Shown here in pieces: positions 20,822 through 28,095 of a stretch of DNA of 64,000 bases (within the stretch, counting starts at the first letter, position 1; each line of letters starts with the position of its first letter). Origin of the DNA: Nitrospirota bacterium (GTDB lineage: Bacteria; Nitrospirota; Leptospirillia; Leptospirillales; Leptospirillaceae); contig DAHVAL010000007.1 of assembly GCA_027314645.1 (NCBI GenBank), positions 18,758 through 82,757 of the forward strand. Direction: 5' to 3'. The notes under the pieces are model-generated. The model was not told the DNA's origin, did not search any database, and saw nothing but the letters and a program-made list of their open reading frames with translations. The position numbers were made by a program, and so were the translations under genes.

Positions 20822-22042
20822 GTGGCAGGAAAACGGGACTCAGGCGGACCATTGAGACGCCTTCGATCTCTTCTATCGGGGCTTGGGGTCTGCTGCGTGG
20901 GGGCGGGACTCCTGACGCTCATGTCGTGCGGGGGAAGCTCGAATTCTTCCGGTCCTCTGGTTCCTCTTCCCAACGGCCAGATCGGCTCCCTGAATTACGC
21001 CAATGGCTCACTCGCGAACTGTTTTGTGTCGGATCTTGCCGCTTGCTCGTCGACAAACTACCTGGGAGCCAATCCGATCTCCGCTTTGGCGGCCGCGACC
21101 ATCTCCTCAGCAAACTACCTCTACTGGGGGGACAGCGCGGGAAACATCGACTCGGCCTCCATCCCCACCAATCTTACAACCTATCCTTCTCCTGTTGTCT
21201 GTGCCAATACGACCGCGACTTCGGGCTATAAAATACGGTCTCTCGCTGTCGTTCCGGCCGCGTCAGGGCCTCTCCTCTATGCAACGGCCCAAGGGGTTTA
21301 TTCCCTCCCGCTATTATCCTCATCCGGTCAATGCACTAATTCTTCAACGGCAGGGACACTTATTTCCGGAACCTCCAATATCCCGATGTCTCTTGCGTAC
21401 AATGGTTCGACCAACCTCGTCATCGGGGTGACCTCTTCCTTCCAGTCTTACAGCTGCACCACATCATCCCCCATCTGTATCTCCCATGGAAAGTTGACGG
21501 GCCTTCAGGACACCTCCCCCCAGATCACCGCCATCGCGTCGGACCCAAATTACGCGATCGTGTATCTCCTGGCAATCGGGACCAACAACAACCGGATCTA
21601 TGCGTATCAGGTCAACTCGAACGGGTCCCTCTCCTACCTCACCAATTATACCGGACCCGAGTTGAGCAGCCCCCAGGGTCTGACGCTGTTTCAAGGAAAT
21701 ACCGGGACCCAGAATTACTGCACGACCGGTCCCTGCACCTTCCTAGACGTCACCAACACGACCAACACGACCATTACCCAGTACGTGCTGACCTATTCGT
21801 ATTCGGGAACCACGCCGAACGGCGTGTCGATCAATCAATTCAACCTCGCCTACTACAATTGCGATTTGATTGCGCCGAAGGCGATCGCGGCCATTCCCCT
21901 CATGGACCCGACCACCAAACTTCTCAATACTCCCAATGTCTTTGTGGGGGAGGCCGGAACACAGGCCGGTCCCTGTTTGGGAATCCTGTCTACGGGAACC
22001 TACGGAAACAATGTCACCGCCTACACGGTTAACAGCGAATAG
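20822..22042 (+). CDS. Putative lipoprotein, paralogue A (unknown function)
   Basis: Track ORF 20738..22042. The likely start is GTG 20822, with GAGGA 4 nt upstream. Lipobox LLTLMSC. Ten Cys in the mature part. Shares blocks with the next gene (ITQYVLTYS, AIASDP.YA.VY, GNNVTAYT). Confidence 0.7.
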   Translation: MAGKRDSGGPLRRLRSLLSGLGVCCVGAGLLTLMSCGGSSNSSGPLVPLPNGQIGSLNYANGSLANCFVSDLAACSSTNYLGANPISALAAATISSANYLYWGDSAGNIDSASIPTNLTTYPSPVVCANTTATSGYKIRSLAVVPAASGPLLYATAQGVYSLPLLSSSGQCTNSSTAGTLISGTSNIPMSLAYNGSTNLVIGVTSSFQSYSCTTSSPICISHGKLTGLQDTSPQITAIASDPNYAIVYLLAIGTNNNRIYAYQVNSNGSLSYLTNYTGPELSSPQGLTLFQGNTGTQNYCTTGPCTFLDVTNTTNTTITQYVLTYSYSGTTPNGVSINQFNLAYYNCDLIAPKAIAAIPLMDPTTKLLNTPNVFVGEAGTQAGPCLGILSTGTYGNNVTAYTVNSE

Positions 22043-22110
22043 GATTTGACGGCTCCCATGGACATTCCCCGCACATGCTCACCTCTAGGTTACCGGTGGA
22101 CGGAGCACGA

Positions 22111-23295
22111 ATGAACGCCAGAAAAGCCGGCGCGCATTTTCGGAAAACGACGCCCCTTCTCCTGGGCGTTCTCTTGGGGGCCTCCTTTTTCTCCCTTGCG
22201 GGATGCTCCAGCTCCTCGGGATTCTCGGGAGCGACGACTCCGCTCCCGACCGGGCAGACCGGATCGCTGGCCGCGCTTGCCGCCGCCCCGGGAAACTGCT
22301 ACGTCTCGGACTCGTTACCATGTTCGCCCTCGGCTGCCTCCACTGGAAGCAAAGGAATTACCGCCCTCGCAACTGTCACGTACGGCTCCAGCAATGCTCT
22401 TTTTTTGGGGGATTCCAATGGCGATGTCTACGAGGCCCCCGTCGGCGGCGCCTCCACGCTCCCGTCGCCTTCCCATTGCATCGCCGCCGGATCGGGGTCC
22501 AAGATCCTCTCCCTGGCCCTGATACCGACATCAACATCCCCGGGGACCTTGTTCTACGCCACCTCCTCGGGGGTTTCCACAGCGGCCGTCACTTCCTCAT
22601 GTGGACTTACCACGGGAACTCCCATCACAACAGTCACGACCCCTTCGCTCCTGGCCTACAATCCCTCGGCGACAGTCGTCATCGGGGCGACGACGGCGGG
22701 AACGTTTTTTTCCTGCACCATTACCCCCACCCCCAGCTGCACTTCCCGAGGGTCCCTTCCAAACTTTCCCGGAGGGGCCACGGTGAAGGCGATCGCCTCC
22801 GACCCCCAATATGCGGTGGTCTACGTGGTGACCGACTCCAACGGGTCGGACGCGATCAGCTTCTACTCCGTCGGCTCGGGAGGAAGCTCCCTGACCTTTA
22901 TTGGCTCCTACACGGGCTCCGAACTGAACGTCCCTGTGGCGGTTTCCCTGTTCCACGGCGCAAATCCCACCCAGAACACCTGCACCTCGACCACGGGAGG
23001 GTGCAACTTCATGGATGTGGCGAACGGCGGAAATTCCTCCATCACCCAGTACGTGCTGACCTACAGCTTCTCCAATGGCACCCCCACGGGGGTCTCCCTC
23101 ACTCAGTTCAATGCGGCCTATCTGGAATGCGATATCATCAACCCCACCTCCATCGCGGCGATTTCCTCCCCCACCTCGGGGGCCCCGGCGGTCTTTGCCG
23201 GAGAGAACGGCACGTCCTTCGGCGAGTGCCTGGGGGTGACCGCGGGCACGCCGTTTGGGAATAACGTGACGGCCTATACCGCCACGGGAGAATGA
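22111..23295 (+). CDS. Putative lipoprotein, paralogue B (unknown function)
   Basis: ATG 22111 with GGAG 5 nt upstream, in track ORF 22075..23295. Lipobox FFSLAGC. Ten Cys in the same order as paralogue A. An identical 19-nt stretch cccagtacgtgctgaccta occurs in both genes. Confidence 0.7.
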   Translation: MNARKAGAHFRKTTPLLLGVLLGASFFSLAGCSSSSGFSGATTPLPTGQTGSLAALAAAPGNCYVSDSLPCSPSAASTGSKGITALATVTYGSSNALFLGDSNGDVYEAPVGGASTLPSPSHCIAAGSGSKILSLALIPTSTSPGTLFYATSSGVSTAAVTSSCGLTTGTPITTVTTPSLLAYNPSATVVIGATTAGTFFSCTITPTPSCTSRGSLPNFPGGATVKAIASDPQYAVVYVVTDSNGSDAISFYSVGSGGSSLTFIGSYTGSELNVPVAVSLFHGANPTQNTCTSTTGGCNFMDVANGGNSSITQYVLTYSFSNGTPTGVSLTQFNAAYLECDIINPTSIAAISSPTSGAPAVFAGENGTSFGECLGVTAGTPFGNNVTAYTATGE

Positions 23296-23330
23296 CCGAC
23301 CCGGTATAACGCAGGATTTCGGAGGCGTTC

Positions 23331-24242
23331 ATGGACCGAACATCCAGTCCTTCCCAGGAAGCCCTTCTCGACCGATTCGAAGAACATCTCCTCCTGTCCC
23401 AAGGGCGCTCCGAGAACACAGTCCTCGCCTATCTCTCCGACCTGCGCTCCTTTTCGCGGCATCTGGCCGCCTTCGGCAAAACGCTTTTGACCTTCGAGGA
23501 AGACGATCTCGCACGCTATTTCGAGGGCACGAAGAGGGTCTCGATCCGGACGCGCTCCCGAATCCTCTCCGCCCTGCGAACCTGGTCCCGGTTCCTTGAA
23601 TTGGAACGGCTCCGGACGGAGCCGCTTCCTCAAATGGACACCCCAAAAATCCCCAAATCCCTTCCCAAGGTGCTGTCCCAGGAAGACGTGGCCCGGTTGC
23701 TTGAGACGCCGGAGGAGAACAGGCCAGAAGGAATTCGCGACCGGGCTCTCCTGGCGTTTTTTTACGCCTCGGGGCTTCGGGTGTCCGAAGTCGCGGGCTT
23801 TACCCTCGACCGCTTGGATGTGACGACCGGCGCGCTTCGCGTGACGGGAAAGGGCGCCAAGGAACGAATCTCCTTCCTCGATCAAGGATCTCTCGAACGG
23901 CTCAGACGTTATATCGAGACGGTCAGGGCTGCCTGGAAGCCGACGGCCCCCGAACTCTTTGTGGCAAGAAACGGTCAGCCGCTCTCGCGCCAGGCCCTCT
24001 GGACGCTGATCAAGAAATACGGGAGAAAGGCCGGCATTCTCTCCCGGCTCTCCCCCCATGTCCTTCGCCACTCCTTCGCGACCCACCTCCTCGAAAACGG
24101 CCTCGACATCCGCTCGATCCAGGTCCTGCTCGGCCATGAAGACATCCGGACCACCGAAATTTACACCCACGTCTCTCTCACCCAGCTGAAAAAAACCCTG
24201 GAAGATCACCATCCCAGGGGAAAAAACGGCCCCGATGGGTAG
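23331..24242 (+). CDS. xerD: Tyrosine site-specific recombinase XerC/XerD family
   Basis: RDRALLAFFYASGLRVSE, HVLRHSFATHLLENGLDIRSIQVLLGHEDIRTTEIYTH (R..HxxR..Y catalytic signature). Size of 303 aa is right for the family. Confidence 0.85.
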   Translation: MDRTSSPSQEALLDRFEEHLLLSQGRSENTVLAYLSDLRSFSRHLAAFGKTLLTFEEDDLARYFEGTKRVSIRTRSRILSALRTWSRFLELERLRTEPLPQMDTPKIPKSLPKVLSQEDVARLLETPEENRPEGIRDRALLAFFYASGLRVSEVAGFTLDRLDVTTGALRVTGKGAKERISFLDQGSLERLRRYIETVRAAWKPTAPELFVARNGQPLSRQALWTLIKKYGRKAGILSRLSPHVLRHSFATHLLENGLDIRSIQVLLGHEDIRTTEIYTHVSLTQLKKTLEDHHPRGKNGPDG

Positions 24243-24423
24243 CGGGTCGTTGTGTCCTTCCCGGCCCGACGGCAAGGCCCAAGGAACGCCGAAGGGTCTC
24301 CTTCTCCTTTACCGGGCCTTTCAAGCTTTGCTACCATAGCCACGACCCATGAGCCGGAGGAATCCGGGGGCGCCCGAAATTCGCGCTTCTTCTCAGGCAT
24401 TCACCTTCATCCGGATTTGGGAG

Positions 24424-25188
24424 ATGCCCCTTCCCCTTTCGATCTGCATCCTCACCCTGAACGAGGAGAGAAATCTCCCCGAATGCCTGGCCTCTGTCGC
24501 GGAGATCGCCGGCGAGATCGTGGTCCTCGACTCGGGATCCACCGACCGGACGCGAGAGATCGCCGAAGGCGCCGGGGCCCGATTTCATGTGCATCCCTTT
24601 GACGATTTCGGCTCCCAGCATACGCGCCTGTTCGCCCTCGCCAAAGAGGAATGGATCTTGAACCTCGATGCCGACGAACGGCTCTCCCCGGAGCTCCTTC
24701 GGTCGATTGGGGACCTCTTTTTGGATCCCGAGCGGATTGGGAGGTTCCAGGGCTTTTTCATGAATCGGCTGAATTATTTCATCGGAAAGCCCATCCGCCA
24801 CAGCGGGTGGGCTCCGGACCCCCTTCTTAGGCTTTTCCGGCGAAGATCCGGCCGCATGGAGCCCCGCCTGGTCCACAACAAGATCTTGGTCGACGGCGAA
24901 ACCGGCACCCTTTCCGGGACCCTCATCCACCACACCTACCGGTCCCTGGACAGCTATGTGGCCAAATCCGCCAAATATGCAAAGCTCTCCGCCCAGGAAA
25001 TGCGGAAAAAAGGGCGGCAGGCATCGCTTGTCGCCCTGTTTACCCACCCGGTGGGGATGGCGCTCAAGATGTATGTGATGCGAAGGGGATTTCTCGACGG
25101 AAAGGAAGGCGTGTTTCTCGCGGTGTTGTATTCGTACTATACCTTTTTAAAGTACCTCTACCTCATTTATCCGCAAGGGGAGGAATGA
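24424..25188 (+). CDS. Family 2 glycosyltransferase (LPS-core type)
   Basis: ATG 24424 within track ORF 24349..25188. Motifs LSICILTLNEERNLPECLASV, VVLDSGSTDRT and LNLDADERL. Confidence 0.8.
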   Translation: MPLPLSICILTLNEERNLPECLASVAEIAGEIVVLDSGSTDRTREIAEGAGARFHVHPFDDFGSQHTRLFALAKEEWILNLDADERLSPELLRSIGDLFLDPERIGRFQGFFMNRLNYFIGKPIRHSGWAPDPLLRLFRRRSGRMEPRLVHNKILVDGETGTLSGTLIHHTYRSLDSYVAKSAKYAKLSAQEMRKKGRQASLVALFTHPVGMALKMYVMRRGFLDGKEGVFLAVLYSYYTFLKYLYLIYPQGEE

Positions 25189-25211
25189 AAGACTGGATGG
25201 ACGCGCCAGAT

Positions 25212-26441
25212 TCAGGGGTCTTCGGACGCGCTGAGAAGGCGCTCCGCAATCGAATCCAAAAGATGCAGCCCTTCGCCGCTCAGCACGAGAACCTCTTCAT
25301 TCGTACGGTCCACAGTTCCGTACCCATTTCGTACGATTTCATCAAGAATCGTTCGTACGGATTCCTGATCCGACCCCGTCCTCAACCAGCGGAGAGGCAG
25401 TCCCGTATTGAGCCGTAAATTCGTGTACAACCGCTCGTAGTAAACCTCTTTGTCGCTCAGGATCTCCCGGGCGGCGAAGGGGTGCCGGTTCTCGCCTCTC
25501 GACAATCGTACGTATTCTAGGAGTGAACGTACGTTCTCAGACCGTACGTTCCCGCATGTCTGATGGGCCCCCGGTCCAAGCCCGAGGAACTCTCCACCCC
25601 GCCACACATGGATGTTGTGGCGGCACCCGTCCCTGTCCGACCGGGCAAAATTCGAGACCTCATACCGCACCCACCCCTCTGCACAAAGCCCATCGCAGCA
25701 TCGGCGCCAATTTTCAGCCGCCCGTTCCTCCAGATCCTCCTTCGTTTTCCCTTGGGACTTTCGGAGGGACAAAACGGTTTTTTCTTCGATCACCAACGGA
25801 TAGATGGATAAATGGTCCAAGCCGGAGGCCTTGAGATCCCGGCAAATCCCGAGAAAGGATTCGAGGTCGAACTCATCCCCGGTGATGATGAAATCCATCG
25901 AGATCGAGGCTTGGGTCTTTTGGCGAAGCGATGCGAGACGCGTTATCGGATCCTGGACCGGAGAGTGCCGGCCGAGAGCCTGAAGGGAGGCACCATCGAT
26001 GGCCTCCATGCCCAGGGACAGCCGAAGTCCCGGACCGATTCGGGAGAGTCTCTCGAGGATCCCGTCGGATAAGGCCTCGGGACGGCTTTCAAAGGTCACC
26101 TCTTTTGCGCCTTCCAAAAAGGGGGCAAGAAGAGCGATCAAACGGTCGAGGGAGCCTTGCGGGATGGAGGTGGGAGATCCCCCTCCAATATAGACGGAGA
26201 CCGGCGACTCATCGCGGAAGGCGTTTCTGACCCGTTTGACCTCATATTCCAAGGCGTCCAGGTAATCCGGAAGAAGACCCTCCGAAACGGTCACCGGAAT
26301 CGCACAATAATCGCAGCGCTCCGGGCAAAAGGGAACCTGGACATAGACCGCCTTCCCAGACGGGCGGTCCCATCGATTTTCGATCATCGTTTTATCCGTA
26401 CGTTCAAGGCCGAACCAGGGGGAGTGTTCCATTCCCGTCAC
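25212..26441 (-). CDS. hemW: Radical-SAM HemN-like protein (haem chaperone HemW / oxygen-independent coproporphyrinogen oxidase family)
   Basis: YVQVPFCPERCDYCA radical-SAM CxxxCxxC motif, SVYIGGGSPT, and a C-terminal HemN_C-like region. Confidence 0.85.
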   Translation of the reverse strand: MTGMEHSPWFGLERTDKTMIENRWDRPSGKAVYVQVPFCPERCDYCAIPVTVSEGLLPDYLDALEYEVKRVRNAFRDESPVSVYIGGGSPTSIPQGSLDRLIALLAPFLEGAKEVTFESRPEALSDGILERLSRIGPGLRLSLGMEAIDGASLQALGRHSPVQDPITRLASLRQKTQASISMDFIITGDEFDLESFLGICRDLKASGLDHLSIYPLVIEEKTVLSLRKSQGKTKEDLEERAAENWRRCCDGLCAEGWVRYEVSNFARSDRDGCRHNIHVWRGGEFLGLGPGAHQTCGNVRSENVRSLLEYVRLSRGENRHPFAAREILSDKEVYYERLYTNLRLNTGLPLRWLRTGSDQESVRTILDEIVRNGYGTVDRTNEEVLVLSGEGLHLLDSIAERLLSASEDP

Positions 26442-26663
26442 TTTATCCCATCACGGGGTGTCCCGCCAACTTCTCCCCCGTCTTCCTCCTGTTTCCCCGG
26501 TCTTGCATGGTGAGATTTTTCGTTTAGATTATAATTTAAGTAATTATAAAATAAATATTTTATGAGATAACCTATAAAAAGGTTTGAGATTAAGATGACT
26601 ACAAATAATTCTACCTGTTATTCGATGCCGGATCCATGGGTTTTTCCCCTTCCCCTGTGCGTA

Positions 26664-26672
26664 TGGTACAAT
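26664..26672 (+). promoter_or_regulatory. Candidate extended -10 element (TGgTACAAT)
   Basis: TG at 26664-26665 and TACAAT at 26667-26672, located 70 nt upstream of ATG 26740. No convincing -35 element. Confidence 0.3.
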
Positions 26673-26706
26673 GCCGTTCGAAATTCCTAGAGGACAGTCG
26701 AACGGT

Positions 26707-26722
26707 ACGTTCGTACGAACGT
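26707..26722. promoter_or_regulatory. 16-bp perfect palindrome ACGTTCGTACGAACGT (operator-like or 5'-UTR hairpin)
   Basis: Read directly from the sequence and self-complementary over all 16 nt. It lies between the candidate -10 element and the RBS/ATG at 26740. It shares the CGTACG core with a motif cluster in neighbouring hemW. Confidence 0.4.
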
Positions 26723-26739
26723 TCGGAGATGGGGGGGAG

Positions 26740-27180
26740 ATGGGCTATCGGGAAACGGCGCAGGAATTTCTCGACCGTTCGCGGGAAGAGCTGCGGCGTC
26801 TCGAGAACGAGATGGCTCTGGTAAACACTGTGGTACATACGCTTGAAAAGGCGCTCGAAGCAGAGAAGGCCCCGGAGCCCGCCTCCATTCCCCCCCGACC
26901 CTCCCCCTCTCGCCTTTTCCCCCAATTTTCCCCCTCGATGCCCCCCGAAGAGTCCCCGCCATCCGGTGACAGGAAACCGGTCGGCGAGATCGCCGAAGCC
27001 CTCCTCAGAGAGAGGCGGGCCCCCATGAGCCTCGAAGAGCTGTATCAATTGATGAAGGGGCGAAGGGATATCCTGGCTTCAAGCGATCTCAAAAATGCCA
27101 TTCGGGTGGCGCTGATCCGGCGGAGACCCCGGATCGTCTCCGAGAAACGGGGATGGTTCCGGTATGTCGATTTTTCATGA
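26740..27180 (+). CDS. Hypothetical protein: N-terminal coiled coil, Pro-rich linker, C-terminal winged-helix (HARE-HTH-like) segment
   Basis: ATG 26740 is preceded by GGGGGGAG; the track ORF starts at 26671. Coiled-coil segment EELRRLENEMALVNTVVHTLEKALEAEK. C-terminal segment VGEIAEALLRERRAPMSLEELYQLMKG...RVALIRRRPRIVSEKRGWFRY. Confidence 0.55.
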   Translation: MGYRETAQEFLDRSREELRRLENEMALVNTVVHTLEKALEAEKAPEPASIPPRPSPSRLFPQFSPSMPPEESPPSGDRKPVGEIAEALLRERRAPMSLEELYQLMKGRRDILASSDLKNAIRVALIRRRPRIVSEKRGWFRYVDFS

Positions 27181-27228
27181 GGAGGCTCGGGAGGCTTCCA
27201 GCGAATCCGACGATTTGGCCCCGTGGCT

Positions 27229-28095
27229 TTACTCGCTTGAGAGGATCCTCCTGATCGTGCGGATTTCGGGGGGATAGGTCCAGAGGACCGGCAGCAGTCC
27301 GGAAAGATGGGTCGCATCCACCTTCTCCGATCCTTCGTAGAGGGCGATGGCCTTCAAGACCTTGACCACCAACTTCCACCTCCGGTCCGAAAGGGAAATT
27401 CCCTCCCGCCCAAGGCGATGGCGCAAATTCCAGAGTTTTTTGATGATCTCCTTCTCGACCCGAACCTCCCGGAGCGGACCTTCCCGTACGGCCCGGAAGG
27501 ATTCGAGGGAGACCTGCGCGCAATTTCGCGGGGCCTCCCCGGTGGGGCTGTGTTCCTCGAGAAGGTCGGAAAACGAGTCGAATTGGCGAACAGGCTCGAT
27601 CAGGCACCGGAGGGCAAATCGGTCGAAGAAGGCGTCGAGATGATCGGACTGGGAGGGATGGGTGTTGCTGGCCGCGAACAGGGACAAGAGGTGGGCGGGT
27701 CTTGGCTCCGGATCGTGCCATATCCGTTCGTTCATGAAAGAGAGCAGGGTCAAAAGAAGCGATTTGGGGGCGCGGAGAACCTCGTCTAGGAACACGATCG
27801 CCCCGTCGGCGATCCCTTCTTTCATGAGCGGGGACGACTCAAGGGATCGCCGCGCGCTTTCCTGATGGAGGAGCCGCTCGAAGTAGACAAGACAGGGAAA
27901 GTGGGCGGCGCACAAACGGATGAGAAGACTTTTTCCCGTTCCGGGGGGCCCCACGAGGAAAAGATGCTCTCCGGAGAGAAGCGAAAGCACAAGTGCGCGG
28001 ATCACTTCCTCCCGTTCCTTGAGGACCCCGTTCAGGCTCCCTTCCATCGATCTGAGCGCGTCAAGAACCCTGAAAGGCTCGCTCGAACCGCTCAT
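27229..28095 (-). CDS. AAA+ ATPase of the MoxR/RavA type
   Basis: Walker A LFLVGPPGTGKS, Walker B AIVFLDEV, sensor-1 LFAASN, DRFALR, and the RavA-like motif LSDRRWKLVVKVLKAIALYEG. The ATG overlaps the upstream stop (ATGA at 28092-28095). Confidence 0.8.
   Translation of the reverse strand: MSGSSEPFRVLDALRSMEGSLNGVLKEREEVIRALVLSLLSGEHLFLVGPPGTGKSLLIRLCAAHFPCLVYFERLLHQESARRSLESSPLMKEGIADGAIVFLDEVLRAPKSLLLTLLSFMNERIWHDPEPRPAHLLSLFAASNTHPSQSDHLDAFFDRFALRCLIEPVRQFDSFSDLLEEHSPTGEAPRNCAQVSLESFRAVREGPLREVRVEKEIIKKLWNLRHRLGREGISLSDRRWKLVVKVLKAIALYEGSEKVDATHLSGLLPVLWTYPPEIRTIRRILSSE

Noticed and set aside
23331-24242. The tyrosine recombinase as the integrase of an island (the lipoprotein array to its left, or the T4SS block 2.3 kb to its right)
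   Set aside because: Its sequence is of the housekeeping XerC/XerD type in length, motif spacing and the LLGH...TTEIYTH signature. There is no adjacent tRNA or att-like repeats. A GT2 gene and hemW separate it from the T4SS block. I cannot fully exclude the integrase role without a genome-wide xerC/xerD inventory.
22203-24275. 353-aa alternative-frame ORF inside lipoprotein paralogue B (22203..23264, +), and 333-aa ORF antisense to xerD (23274..24275, -)
   Set aside because: The competing frames carry a lipobox with paralogue conservation, and the XerD catalytic motifs, respectively. The rejected frames are Arg/Gly/His-rich.
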